Shown here: positions 25,733-39,441 of the stretch, piece by piece | Position numbering within the stretch: position 1 is the first letter of the stretch | Layout of the letters: every line of letters starts with the position of its first letter | Assembly: GCF_035594765.1 (NCBI RefSeq) | Contig: NC_085843.1 | Coordinates: 126,395,971-126,459,970 of the forward strand | DNA: 64,000 bases | Source of the DNA: Anolis carolinensis | Lineage: Eukaryota | Reading direction: 5' to 3' | Made by a program: the position numbers and the translations under genes | The notes under the pieces: generated by a model | What the model saw: the letters and a program-made list of their open reading frames with translations, nothing else | Told to the model about the DNA's origin: nothing | Databases searched by the model: none

Positions 25733-26322
25733 TATTGGTGTCTTGGTTTTTAGACCTGTTCCTAGGGTTATTTGAAGCTCTGATTCAGAAAATGGCATTT
25801 GATAGACCACATCAGCTTAGATAGGGTCATCATGAATTTTATGAGCAAGCAGATCAAGACTGGTATATGGCATATGTTCTATGTCTCAAAAACCTAGAGC
25901 TGATAGGGGAAAACTGGGGCCATTTTTGGAATCGGTAGGTGAAATATACACAGAAACAGGGCTAACTTTCGAGGCACCAAAATGTATGTTGGCCAGTGTA
26001 ATTTGTACACAGTTCATTTCTTCTGTCAAATTATTTCTTCTCTTTTTCCAAGCTATTTCTTGTCTTGTTCACACTAATACTTCTACTGTAAATTACAGCC
26101 ACATGTCAAATTGTACTCATTCAATTTGTTGAAAGAACATGTTCATGAATATTAGTCAGTGTTTTCTTCTGTTTGTGTTTGATGGACTACATTAGAATCT
26201 CTCTGAGGGCAGCCTTTCAGGAATGCATAAATACATAGCTCTCTTTTGGACTCCGTTGTACAATACAGCTAGTGTATTATTAAAGCCATGGGACAAAATA
26301 GACACTTTGATTACAATCCTAG

Positions 26323-26532
26323 GAGGGTTGTTGTGTGTTTTCCGGGCTGTATGGCCATGTTCCAGGAGTATTCTCTCTTGACGTTTCGCCCACATCTATG
26401 GCAGGCAGTCTCTGAGGATGCCTGCCATAGATGTGGGTGAAACGTCAGGAGATAATACTTCTGGAACATGGTCATACAGCCCGGAAAACACACAACAACC
26501 CTGTGACCCCGGCCATAAAAGCCTTCAACAAC
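26323..26532. mobile_element. Short Penelope fold-back insertion containing a hammerhead motif
   Basis: Inverted arms of about 84 bp (26324-26407 / 26419-26502); TSD ACAATCCTAG at 26313-26322 and 26533-26542. Confidence 0.85.
26409..26449 (+). ncRNA. Minimal type I hammerhead ribozyme motif (Penelope pLTR)
   Basis: CTGAGGA (26412-26418), T, stem II GCCTGC/GTGGGT, GAAAC (26439-26443), GTC (26444-26446), with short stem I TCT/AGG. Confidence 0.6.
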
Positions 26533-27651
26533 ACAATCCTAGCAGGATTTACCTAACTGAATTAATTGGATTTTGCATCTGAATAAATGCTAGGGTAGCC
26601 ATTTATTTGAAGAAATAACACTGGCCAACACACATTTCAGTGCTTCAAATGCTAGACCTGTTTCTGTGTATATATGACCTGTTGATTCCAGGTCTTCTGG
26701 TTTCTATGATCAAGTGGGGATTCAAACATTGGTCTCCAGAGTCATAGTCTAACATTCAAACCACTGCAGTATACTGTATCGCATCACATCACCTTAGCTC
26801 CCTGAGATCCCAGAAATAAAAAAAAACAAAACGCAACAACAATACAATTAAAAAATGTTAATGACAAAAGGAAAAGACCCAATCAATCAATTTCAGAGCT
26901 AATCTTATATCTATCCTGGCACCGCAGCATTCATTCATGCATATCAAATACACTGATATTTATGAGATTTGCCTTCAGCAAATTATGTAAGATGACTTGC
27001 TAAAAGTTGACTTTATGTTTATGTGATTTATTGCCCCTCCATAGCAGAGGCACCCAATGATCAGGGATGAAGAAATAAACTGGTTTTACATTCTAGGACA
27101 CAGATGCTGGGCATCTGACAGGGAAAAACAGACACATAGCTATCATTTTCTATGACAGTTGCATATATACCATAATGCTGGGTTTTTGGCCTTATATTTA
27201 TCTCATTGACAAATTCATGGGATTTGAAATGCTGCAAAAACAGTATTTATAAAAGAATGTCATTGGTGTTTGCTTTATTCCTCAGTATATTCCTGAGGCT
27301 TTTAACTACAATATATTACTAACTTGTAGTTTCCTGTTTTCCATGAAAGAATGAATTGGAAGAAGAATATGAAGAAATACAGGCAATGATACCGAGCTTC
27401 CTACATCTACCCACCCAAATAATGTGCCTATAGGTAGCACACAGAGCACAGCTGTGGAGGACAGGCAGCTGCAAAAAAGGTCACTGCTGAACCAAAGGGA
27501 TTTGGAGGGCTGTTTAAAAAGAGAGAGATTATTCACAGCATTAATCAAGAGAAAGAAAAAAAGCTAAAAATAAAGTGAATTTGCAGAGGCTGCTAAGGGA
27601 GAAAGAAAGGCTGTTATGAACAGGTTTTATACAATGAACATATGCTGTGGC

Positions 27652-27703
<52 letters not shown>

Positions 27704-27704
<1 letters not shown>

Positions 27705-28484
27705 GGAAAAGCTGATAAGGAGAAGACCTGGCTATGGCTCACAAAAGGGACACTGAAGAAGAAGACAGAAAGCCTGATCCTTGCAGCCCAGGAGCAAGCC
27801 ATCAGGACAAATGTAATTAAGGCCAAGATCGAAAAATCAGCTGATGACCCAAAATGCAGACTGTGCAAGGAAACTGACAAAACCATTGATCATCCTCAGC
27901 TGCTGTAAGAAAATCGCACAGCCTGACTACAAACAGAGGCACAACTATGTGGCCTAAATGATTCATTGGAACTTATGCCTCAAGTACCACCACTCAGCAG
28001 TAAAGAACTGGTGGGATCACGAACCTGCAAAGGTAATGGAAAATGAATACGCAAAGATACTGTGGGACTTCCAAATCCAGACTGACAAACACAACACACC
28101 AGACATCATAGTTGTGGAAAAGATAAAGGTTTGGATCATTGATGTTGCCATACTAGGTGACAGTCGCATTGATGAAAAACAACAGGAAAAACTCAGCCGC
28201 TATCAGGACCTCAAGATTGAACTTCAAAGACTCTGGCAGAAACCAGTACAGGTGGTCCCAGTGGTGATTGGCACATTGGGTGCCGTGCCAAAAGATCTCA
28301 GCCGGCATTTGGAAACAATAGACATTGACAAAATTACGATCTGCCAACAGCAAAAGGCCACCCTACTGGGATCTGCGCACATCATCCGAAAATACATCAC
28401 ACAGTCCTAGACACTTGGGAAGTGTTCAACTTGTGATTTTGTGATATGAAATCCAGCATATCTATCTTGTTTGCTGTGTCATAC
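27704..28484 (+). mobile_element. R4/Dong-clade non-LTR retrotransposon 3' fragment (restriction-like endonuclease domain)
   Basis: CRLC...H...C zinc knuckle, RHN, PD...IDVAI.GD...K..Y.DL motifs (frameshifted); (TAA)n on both sides. Confidence 0.85.
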
Positions 28485-28485
28485 A

Positions 28486-28563
<78 letters not shown>

Positions 28564-29911
28564 CTTTCTTCTTATATCCTGCCACCATCCCCCTAAAGGG
28601 ACTCCGGGCAGCTTACAAATGGTACAAGGTGCCTAAAAACAATATAAAAGTGAACACAATATAAAATACAATAAAATAAAAGACATGCAACATATAAGAC
28701 ATCAATTCAGACTCAATATAGCTATTACTTACCACTACTACCACAAGTTAAGTCTTCCTTATCCAGAAATCTGAAATAGGTTACCCCAAAACCTGAAACT
28801 TTTTTTCTGCCAGCCTCTCATTTCAACTTCTGGGTAAAGGGGGCTAGTCATACACTCAGTATAATTCAGGCCCCTTCCACACTGCTCCTATATCCCAGGA
28901 TCTGATCTCAGATTATCTGTTTATCCCAGGTTATCTGGCAGTGGGGAGTCATATAATCCAGTTTAAAGCAGATAATCTGGGATCAGATCCTAGGATACAG
29001 GGGCCTTAGTTTCAATCGCAAGGAGCCTTGACAGGAGCAAGAGAAGGTGGGAAGGGGAGAGGACTCTGCTTACACAAGGTTCCTGTAAAAAGCAGGATTT
29101 TCCAAGATTTTCTACATTTGCCTTCCACCAGGTCAATGGTAGCACAGGGCAGAGCAGACACCTGAAAATGGCATGCAGGTGAGCATGAAGTGACCCTTTT
29201 GGCCACCAGCAAGAATGAAAAGGGCTCATAGAGACATGGGATAATTTCTCCTCCCTCTCCAGCTACTGAAAGCATGCTGAGAGCCATCAGGAAAATCTCT
29301 GGGTGCTGCACACACGTGTAGACCCATTTCCTTCCTATTCACTAAAAAAATAAAAATAAATCTATGTGCATGCAAATACAGGCATTCCAAAATCTCACCC
29401 CTAATCCAAAATTTTAAAAATGTCCAATCCCAAACATTTTGGATAAGAGATGTTCCATTTGTACTTTATTATTAGTAAGTGATCTTTAAATACCTGGTGC
29501 TTTTACTGTGACACCACCTGTTTTTGTAGGCTTCCCTGCCCTCACTGTCACTGAATTTACAACTCTGCCACCGAAATTTGTTAACTTGACATTTAGCTTG
29601 AAAACAAGACACGCAGGAGAAGTATGTTTTATTGCTATGTTGCTATGTTGAATTGTGCTTCCAGAAGCCTCTTGAAAGCTCCATTTCAAAAGCTTCAAAA
29701 CAAAATTTAAATCCGGCAAAAAAGGCAGATGTTTAGCTTTTGAGGGACAATGCGATGGCAAATGTGGCAGCAGTACCAGGGGTATAGTGTAGGCTCTTAT
29801 GGGTTCAGGGATGAGACAACAAAGTTCCCAATATTGGATGCTGCCTACAGCATTACTGAAACTCAGCAAGTGTTGACATATTCAGAAACCTTGACAGCAA
29901 TTTAGACCCCA

Positions 29912-30420
29912 CTAGCTGTGCCCGGCCACGCGTTGCTGTGGCGAAGTATGGTGGTATGGGAAAAAAAGTATTGAGGAATTGGAGTTAGTTAAGGTAAAGG
30001 GTAAAAGTGTGGAGTCCAGATAATCCAGTTAAAGCAGATAATATAAGATTATAAATGGGTTATATAGCTGTGTGTAAGGGCCTTGAGTCTACACTGCCAT
30101 ATAATCCAGTTAAAATCGGATAATTTGTATTTTATAGGCAGTGTAGAAGAGGCCTAAGTGAGGCCTAACTCTGCCTGTCCCCTGTGTGAGTGGGTTGCTA
30201 GGAGACCAAGTGGGTGGAGCTTAGCCTTCTAACTGGCAGCAATTGGATAAAAACAATTATTCCTCTCCCTCTAATTAGGACTTTATTTTTCTTTTCTTTT
30301 TGTTGTATCAACCTAGAGGCGTGGATGATGGGTTGTGTTGTCAATTTTCGAGGTTGTGGGGAGTTTAGTTTTGTTGTTTTGGCGGTTGCCAGGATTCCAT
30401 CACTCTTTTATATATATAGA
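29912..30420 (-). mobile_element. Non-autonomous Helitron
   Basis: 5' TCTATATATATAAAAG; 3' GCCACAGCAACGCGTGGC hairpin + CGGGCACAGCTAG; A|T target inside the terminus of a MITE. Confidence 0.85.
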
Positions 30421-30939
30421 TTTACACTGCCATAAGTTGCCGTTTCAAACTGTATTATATGGTCAGTGAGGACTCATATCATGCAGTAACTACACTGGAC
30501 AGCATTATATGCAGGTTTTCCAACCCCTATTTAATAAGAACCCATAGAAGTATTTAGATCCTGATATCAAAGGAGACACTACTGATGTTTGGAATGGAGC
30601 AATGGAGTCAGCAGATGACAAGCAGTTCAGCCTTTCTTATTTTAACTGCCTAGCAACTTTGGCATCCAACAACTTCCTTCATATGAACAATGCCCTAGAA
30701 ATCTAGACCCAAGACTAGTCATGTCTTACACCTTCTAATCTATTTCCAACATTCATTTTTTCGGAATGAATATGCATAATATAATGTATTCGTCCAAGGC
30801 CGCAGAGCTGAAATTGTATAATTACCAAAGGTGTGCCAACCTATTATTGCGTTATTGGAAAAATGCCTAATCTGGAAGAAGATGCATTGCACTGGGGATT
30901 CAGGTACTGCTGTGAACTAATGAGGACTTGCTCCCAAAA

Positions 30940-31202
30940 TATATGCAACTACACTTGAGCTTGACTAAACTGAGACTGTCATAATTTGGCATAACTTGGA
31001 GAAAACATGGCTCAGTAGAAAAGAAAATAATGCTTGATAATGTAGAAGGCAGGAGAAAAAAAAGAGGAAGATCACATTCTAGGCAGGTTGACTCAGTAAA
31101 GGAAGCTATGGCCCTGAGTTTATAGGACCTGAACAAGGCAGTTGATGATAGGGTGACTTGGAGATTTCTCATTTATGGGGTTGCCACAGGTCAAAGCTGA
31201 CT
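30940..31202 (+). mobile_element. Older BovB/RTE-related 3' fragment
   Basis: Translation LSxFG...EKKIMLDNVEGRRKKRGRSHSRQVDSV resembles the BovB C-terminus. Confidence 0.6.
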
Positions 31203-32767
31203 ATTAGCAATGCTTGAGCTTTAGTCATTTTCTTTCCTTGTACAATGGGAGTTGGAATTCTTTCATTCTTTGAGTCGGTGACACCATGTTTGGTTTATTA
31301 AATTTAGATATACAATGTATTATTGCAAGGAAGATGCTTAGCAGTAAAATAGATTTACACCCCTTAATTCTACAGGTTTGTACCCAACTTTAGATCAATG
31401 CATTGATTGGAAATTAGCAGCCTCAGGATATTGCTGGACCACAGTTTCCATCATCTGTGTCCATGAACATGTCCATGGTAGAAGAGAGCTGGAATCTGGA
31501 GAGCTGCAGGTTCTACTCCCAAGTGGAAAAGGTACAAAAAGAGCGTAAAAGTGAACACAGTATAAAATACAATAAAATAAAACAAATGCAACACATAATA
31601 CATCAGTTCAGACTCAGTCAAGACTGACTAGTGAATCAGCTTGTGCAAGCAGAATTAATATTAGATTTGACACATTGACAATGGAGAATTTGTGATAGTG
31701 ATGTGGCACCTTTGGGTACAACTACAGTTTTTTGAGATGACATGAACACAACTTTTCTGGGCTCTATTTATACACCACCAATCTTGCCTCCTTTTAATGT
31801 AGTCTTATGTGAGTGTAAACGTATAATCCCACAGAGAAGATCAGGACGCTTCTATCAAACCCTGGTATATCTCAGACAGGCTTCAAGGTCAGTTTGGGAT
31901 AGCTGCCAATTGGGGTGGAGGGGCAAAGGGGATCAATGTATTCCAGGGGACAGGAGGACCAAGTTTCTTTTGTACATTTTTAACACAGACATTTATGTTT
32001 TGTACTATTAAAATATATGACCTGCACATTTTGACTTGTACACTAGAAAGACTATTATTTTACCATAACTCAAAGGCTTTTAAATAAAGGACATACCTTT
32101 CATGTTGATTTACTATGTGAATGATAAGCTAAAATTGTCAGACACAACTGAACTATCTCATAAATTACCATCATTCTTGCAGATGAATGACTGAGACAGA
32201 TTTATTCTTCCCTTAGAGACTGATGTGACTGCAAAAGTTATTAACATTCCTGGGGATTTTAACATTGCACATTATTTTTCATGTGATTCGGTTCACATAA
32301 TACTTGTCCTGGAAAGGCAGAAGATTTAGTCTAAAATTATACACCCTTTCCCAAAATATAAAAATATACAGCTTTTCCAAGGTAATGCATTTAGGCTGCA
32401 GTCATTTCCACTGTCAATTTCACATTTCACGTTAAATATGAATTGTGGAAATTGGCTCCATAGTTATAAATAGATTCAGGAGGGAGGACACAGCATCTCT
32501 TTTACTCACATGGGCCACAAGAAATTGAGGACAAGCTCCTACACGAGGAAAGAATGCTGTGCAAAGGTTTTATAAGATGAGGGAACAGATGGAAAGGAAT
32601 GAGAGGCTAGAGATTTTTGTGTGCACCTGCATATAACAAAACTAGGGAAATTGTGGGCTTACAGAGGCTTCTGAACTTGAGTTCCTTCCTCTCTAGTCAG
32701 CCTCGTCAGCAATGGGAGTATTTGTTCATCAACACCTAGAAGTGTTCCATGGCGCCTGAAATAATGG

Positions 32768-32982
32768 GGTGCATCTACATTGCAGAATTAATGCAGCTCA
32801 GCACCATTTTAACTGTCATGGCCCAATGCTATGAAATGGTGGGAATTGTAGTTTTACAAGGTCTTTAGCTTTCTCTGTTAAAGAGTGCTGGGGCCTCACA
32901 TAACTACAAATCCCAGTATTCTATAGTATTGAGCCATGGCAGTTCAAATGGTGTCAAACTGCATTAATTCTACAATGTAGAT
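32768..32982. mobile_element. Palindromic MITE (ATCTACACTGTAGAATTAATGCAG family)
   Basis: Terminal inverted repeats; relatives at about 54300-54495, 59172-59510, 61720-62100 and 12070-12385. Confidence 0.7.
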
Positions 32983-33175
32983 CAGAGTTTCTCAAACTGT
33001 GTTCCTACAGATGTTTTGAACTTCAGCCCTCACAATTCCTAACAGCTGGTAAGGTGACTGGGATTTCTGAGAGCTGAAGTCCAAACACCTGTATATCACA
33101 TACCAAGGACAGCAATGTGGCATCCTTCAGATGTGTGGCCACTGCCCATGCTAAATGAGTGGATTACAACGATTT

Positions 33176-33400
33176 GTTGTTGTTTATTTGTTGAGTCATT
33201 TCCGACTCTTTGTGACCTCATGGACCAGCCCACGCCAGAGCTCCCTGTTGGCCGTCGCCACCTCAGCTCCTTCAAGGTCAAGCCAATCACTTCAAGGATA
33301 CCATCCATCCATCTTGCCCTTGGTCGGCCCCTCTTCCTTTTTTCTTCCATTTTCCATCATTCTCTTCTCCAAGCTTTCCTGTCTTCTCATTATGTGGCCA
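33176..33400 (-). mobile_element. BovB LINE 3' end
   Basis: MEEKRKRGRPRARWMDGILEVIGLTLKEL; (CAA)n tail. Confidence 0.8.
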
Positions 33401-34255
33401 AATGGAACAACAATAGGTGGTTCTATTGCTTACCACTGGTATCACTCTTTGCCAACACTTACATGCTAATTTGGAAATTTACAAATTATTTTTAGTATAA
33501 AAATGAAGTAAATACAAGTTACCATGAATCCTCTTTTCTATATGAAGGAAAAGTTGTTTGTATTTTTCTCTGTATGACAACTGCTGTTATAGATTTAAAT
33601 ACCACTGTTTTTGCTACCTGTTTCTTCTAATCCTGTTCCATTTTTGGGCAGTTATATTGATGGAGAATGATGCACAAAAAAGAGGGTCAATCCTTATATA
33701 ATATTATTTTATCCTCCATTGGTTTCAAACTGTTACCACATGCTGTAATTTCCATTTTTCATGCCCTATTGGCCTCATCAACCAATTCAAATTGAGCGAA
33801 ACTATCCTCATAATATTAATTGCTTATGCTATTTACACAACATCTCATTAAGTTTCCATTTTTTGTTTACATTCCAAAATAAATATTTCATGTTAGTAAT
33901 CTGTCCTCATGAGATAAGACACTGAATGCTGACTGCTTCAGATATAGAAAACATTGCAAGTTGGGATTTTTTTTAAAGTTTAGTAATCATCAGGGAAATG
34001 AAAAAACCAAGTTTACTAACCTGCAAATAGTAATAAATGCATTGTTTCAGAACATAGAAAAATGGAACATTTAGACTAGGGTCACTTACCTTAGATAAAA
34101 TCACATTCAATTTATTGGGACTCAACTTTAAGAAGACATGTATATGATGGCACTATTAGAAGAGTATAATAAAAAATACATACCATAACAGATTAATAAA
34201 TATCACTGCATCTTAAAAAAAACTATGGCTCCTTGCCATAGGTACATAGGCAATA

Positions 34256-34540
34256 GGTGAAGGTAAAGGTTTTGCTCTGACATTACGACTAGTTGTATCT
34301 GGCTCTGGGGTTTTTTGCTCATCTTCATTTCTAAGTTGAAGAGCTGGCGTTGTACATAGACACCTCCAAAGTAATGTGGCCAGCATGACTACATGGAATG
34401 CAGTTACCTTCCTACCAGAGCGGTACCTATTGATCTACTCACATTTGCATGTTTTCGAACTGCTAGGTTGGCAGAAGCTAGGGGTCACAGCAGGAGCTCA
34501 CCCTGCTCCCCAGATTCGAAGTGACAGCCTTTCGTCGACA
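34256..34540 (-). mobile_element. Sauria SINE
   Basis: Reverse complement of the 39442 copy; (ACCTTT)n tail. Confidence 0.8.
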
Positions 34541-35451
34541 TAAGTAATGTATCTCATTATTTCCAGATAGTCCTTGTCACTGGCTTTTTCCTAGTCTTTC
34601 CATTTATATTCAAACATTTAAATGGAATTCAAGGTTACATTGGCTAAAGAGAGATGTAACATTAAAGCGCACAGAGCTGCAGAACCCTCTTTCCCTTCAG
34701 TTCAGATACACATGCCCTCCTTATCAGTGGGTCTGTAAAAAAAGAAACAAAAAAAATCCTGAGATAAATGCTGTTCTGGAGTCTTCAGAACACTTATGGG
34801 TGTTGATTACAAGACACTGTCTTTAGTTGATCCACAAGAAAACTTTCTAGCTGTTGCTTTAATTGCTGAAGTGTTGTGGAATGTATATGAAGATTCCAAC
34901 TGCTCAAAAGTTAAAAATCAGAACAAAATGAATCCTGTCAACACAGAGAAGATTTCACACACACGCAAAAATACACATTCTTACACAGGTCTTAACTTGG
35001 ACACTTCTAATACCAGATAATTGGAATGTGAAAGAAAACTGTATGAGAAGTAAGCATTAGAGATGTTGTACTTGATGTTAGGTAGCTTCCACAAAGATAA
35101 AATATTAAACATATTTATGCAAGACTGATCATTGTATGTCATTCCAGATGTTATTGAACTGTAAGTTCCAGAAGTCCTCTCCATTGGTGGTTCTGGTTAG
35201 ACATTTGAGCTTTTAGTTCAATAACATCTGGAGAACACACAATTCCTATGTCTACAGCATGGAATGGCAATGTACATAGCACTGAGGACCTTTCCCAGTA
35301 CACAATTACAACACTTTGATTTTTCACTGCAATGGCTGCAGCATATGGAATCCTGGGATCTGTAGTTTGGAAGGGTACTACCACTCACTGGAAGAGAATT
35401 CTTCATTCTTTATGAAACCACAAACTACACAATATAAGTCAGCTCTTACTT

Positions 35452-35739
35452 AGGAGCCCCTAGTAACGCAGTGGGTTAAACCCTTGTGCCAGCAGGACTG
35501 ATGACTTGAAAGTTGGGTTGCTGACCTGAAGGTTGCCGATTCGAATCCTACCGGGGAGAGTGTGGATGAGCTCTCTATATCAGCTCCAGCTCCATGCGGG
35601 GACATGAGAGAAGCCTCCCACAAGGATGGTAAAAACATCAAAATATCCGGGCATCCCCTGGGCAATGTCCTTGCAGACAGCCAATTCTCTCACACCAGAA
35701 GTGACTTGCAGTTTCTCAAGTTGCTCCTGACATGAAAAT
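35452..35739 (+). mobile_element. tRNA-derived SINE with Vingi-like tail (Anolis SINE2-type)
   Basis: tRNA-like head with A/B boxes (GATTCGAATCC); TSD AGCTCTTACTT at 35441-35451 and 35740-35750. Confidence 0.8.
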
Positions 35740-36782
35740 AGCTCTTACTTCATTATATCAGCCAGCACACTACTCTTTCTTGCAAAATGTTGGTACAAGC
35801 ATGCAAAGAAGCAAATACAGTGTAAAGGGCAAGCTCTATACACAGAAATGTTGGGTTCCTATTTTTCTTTCCATAAATGCCAGATTTGCATTTTGACCCC
35901 ACTAGCTGGACTTCCAAAATAAGACTTATTGATTTCAGTAACAAGAATACATAGGACTTCACGTTAGTAGTTTACTTTTATGGAGCTGTATCCATTCCAT
36001 TTTCCAGAGGAATGACAAAAGTTTGCCTGGTTATAGCACAGAACCTGGAAAAGTTCCTTTTTTCAGTTACAACTCCAAGGATCCCCGGGTCAGTATGGCC
36101 GTTGAATATTCAAGGCTGTAGTAAAAGGTTTGGATCCTGTAGTGTCAAATGCACATGCAGTTGACTGCTTTGTGAATGTGTTTATATTTGCATTGCTTAG
36201 CATTGAGGTATCCAAGATCTCATTTTGGAAATGGAAGTCATGTTTTTAGAACACTAACCACTGTTTGCACAACAGCTGCAACTATTGTGTAACTATGCCT
36301 GCAAGGCTTTGGGTTGAGCTGGCATTGGTTAGGATCTTGCCCCTAAAAGGAAACTTTTACTAAGCTCTGAACTAGTTATCTTTTGACAAATTGAGCAATG
36401 GAAGTTTATGGCATTTTGTAATAAGCTTATTTACAATGTTACATGTTAAGCACAATGGAACTGAGATAGCTGACTTTCCAGAACGATTGATTTTCCATGC
36501 TCTTGTCTAAAACTATAGCTTTTGTTGTTTTCCTTGGCACAAAGATCTTGGGCCCATCTAAACTGCCATATAATGCAGTTTGAAACCACATTATATGGTC
36601 AGTGTAGACTTATATAATGCAATTCAATGCAGTTAAACTGCATTATGGATACACTGACCATATAATACAGTTTCTGTCAGTGTATGTAGGACCTTAGTCT
36701 TTTCCTTTGAGGGGGTGAGGTGGAGGAATTAGACTTAATCAATATGATTCCTGTCTTCAAGAGATATCGTCAGCAATAATGA

Positions 36783-36936
36783 TGGGAACTCTCTGCCCTG
36801 GAATGTGGTGGAGGTTTTTAAGCAGAGGCTGGATGGCCATCTGTCAGGGGTGCTTTGAATGCGATTTCCTGCTTCTTGGCAGGGGGTTGGACTGGATGGC
36901 CCATGAGGTCTCTTCCAACTCTATGATTCTATGATT
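36783..36936 (+). mobile_element. CR1 LINE 3' end
   Basis: Matches about 40430-40600; (ATTCTATG)n tail. Confidence 0.8.
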
Positions 36937-37638
36937 GATTTATTGCTCCCTAGTCATGGCAGGGAATGCACTCCACATTTCCCTTTTCTCCATAGCTTAA
37001 GCACCTTGGATAGCTCTTTTAAAGCTAGCAAAACATTGAATGGATTCACCTCTCCACTCCAACTGATCTCCAGCTATTTCTTAGCCATTCTGGAAATTGT
37101 AACTCAAACTTTGGCTAACTGGGATTGTGTGTCTTAAAACATCCCTGTTGCCTTACCACTTCAGAAGGGCAGTACTCTAGAAAGCCTGACTCATGTTATT
37201 TGGCATATGAGGAAGAAAATCATATAACTATTTCCACTGCTTGTAGCAAAGATAGAATAATGTGGAATTTAAAATCATTTCTTGTCATTTAATTACAATC
37301 CAAATCTGACCCAGGGAAATCATATCCCAAGGACTAGTTGCTTCTAATTTTAACAACAATAAATGTAGCTGACAAATGAATGGATGATTGTTAAGGAGAG
37401 ACATTGGGTTTCTGGCCTATAACTCCATAATCTCAATACCAAAAGAAACAGAGATTGGGGCATTACTGGGTGCCCTACAACATCCATAATTCCCAGGCAA
37501 CATGAGAACTATAATTCAAAAGTGTCAGATTTTGTTGTTCAACTCCCATAGTGCTCAGACAGTGCAATAGTTAAGAAAGCCTAAAGGTCTCTTCTGACCA
37601 CCATACCCTCTTAGTTCAATATCTTCAACTCACTAATA

Positions 37639-37773
37639 CAGTGGTTCTCAGCCTGGGGTCCCCAGATGTTTTTGGCCTTCAACTTCCAGAAATCCTAACA
37701 GCTAGTAAATTGACTGGGATTTCTGTGAGTTGTAGGCCAAAAACACCTGGGGACCCCAGGTTGAGAACCATTG
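37639..37773. mobile_element. hAT-type MITE
   Basis: CAGTGGTTCTCA TIR; 8-bp TSD CACTAATA. Confidence 0.85.
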
Positions 37774-38843
37774 CACTAATAGATTAGATAACTGTTGGAA
37801 GTGGAAGAAGCTGAAGTTGGTAAAAAAAAAATGTTGATCATAAAGGAGAAATGCTTTTTTACAAAACAGGCATGAGCAAACTCTATACTATGAGCCACAT
37901 ATGACCTCACTCCCTATTTTGTGGTCCCATTTTGACCATCACACACATAATATCCTCACCCCATTAATATTTTAGGCTATTTTCTATTCTATTGCTGTAA
38001 AATAAATCTAAACTGCCCCAAAATGTGACACTTTGCTTTGTCCCCCCATGAACCTCCCGCCACCTAAAAACTGGCTGAAAGAGAAGTCAGATTTGGTGTG
38101 TTCTTCTGGTTTTCTGGGTAAGTGCTGGTGTGGCCCATATATGTGTGGGTGGGTGAAGGAATGTGATGAAATCTGATCCCATTTGCCCCAAGCCTAGGAC
38201 TTTGATTGAATCAACTAAGAAAGCTCTAATCTCAGATGTTGGCTATGATTTGCTAAATGAGCCACCCACACACTCAGTTGTACCTGAAACAGAGCAGTGT
38301 GAATGGAGAATTATAACATTTTGATTGTGTCAGGAAACGGATGTTGGGAAACTTCACTCAAGGCTGAAGACAGAGATTTTGAGCTTGCAGTATGACCGGC
38401 TAAGGAGCCAAAAAGAGGTGAAGTAAATATGAATTAATTAACTAAACCTTTGGCTACAGGCCTCTAGTATGTTGCAATTCAAATCATGTTTAACTGGTTA
38501 GGACTTTTGTTCTTTCCAAAACCCTCAAAGAGAACACCCAAATATGTTTGCTTTAGATTAGCTCAACTTTGCAATTTTAAGACTAGGTTTGAGTAAGTGG
38601 AGTCAAGCCAAGTATTTTCATCGCAATAATCAAAGGTTTGACTCTTGGGAAGACCAGTTTGTTTCAGCAAATTTTGTTAGTTATGAAGTATCCCATTATG
38701 AGAAGTGTCTCTAATTAGAAGGCAAAATATCGTTATGCAGCCAGATGAGAGGAGGGAGAAAGCAAGTATAAATCACTGTACCTGACAGTATAAGGGAGGT
38801 CCCTAGAAATATGTTGCACATCTTTTAAACTTTCACAGTAGTA

Positions 38844-39178
38844 CAGACTGAGCATCCCTTATCCCAAATTACAAAATTCAAAATATTCCAAAATTCTCCA
38901 TGTGAGTGGGGGAGATAGTGCCATCTTTGCTTTGAGGTCATTTAGTGCACCCACACTTTGTTTCATTGCAGGGTTATTAAACTGCTTTCTTACGTTACCA
39001 ATAAGCTATAGGTATAAAGTTCATATGAAATTTAAATGAATTTTACACTTGGGTGTCATCTCCACGATATCTCATTTGATACATATATGCAAATACAGGA
39101 ATTCCAAAATGAAAAGAAAAATCCAAAATCCATAATAGTTCTGGTCCCAAGAACATTGGATAAGAAGTATTCCTCCTG
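38844..39178. mobile_element. Tigger/pogo-like MITE
   Basis: CAGACTGAGCATCCCTTATCC / GGATAAGAAGTATTCCTCCTG imperfect TIRs; TA flanks. Confidence 0.6.
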
Positions 39179-39441
39179 TATCACTATTTGGCAAATGATT
39201 TTGACCCTCCATTTAAAATCAGTGATCTTTAAAAGAAAATACGAATGGTATAACACATTTATGTATTACAAAATACAGCAGATCTTTAGACATTCTGTCA
39301 TTCTGCCAAAAGAGAATGAAGGAGCAGTCCACAAATGAGCAAGGAGATGAAGCAGTGCCTATGTGTGGGAGGAAGGGAATGAGAAGAGCTGATGAGCAAT
39401 TATTGTTTTTAACAATAATTTTGTAAAATTATTGTAAAAAG

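Noticed and set aside
27642-28664. Poly-Ile/poly-Thr ORFs as host proteins
   Set aside because: Translations of (TAA)n/(CAA)n microsatellites flanking an R4 fragment.
35452-35560. tRNA gene
   Set aside because: The A/B boxes belong to a SINE head bounded by a TSD; no complete cloverleaf.
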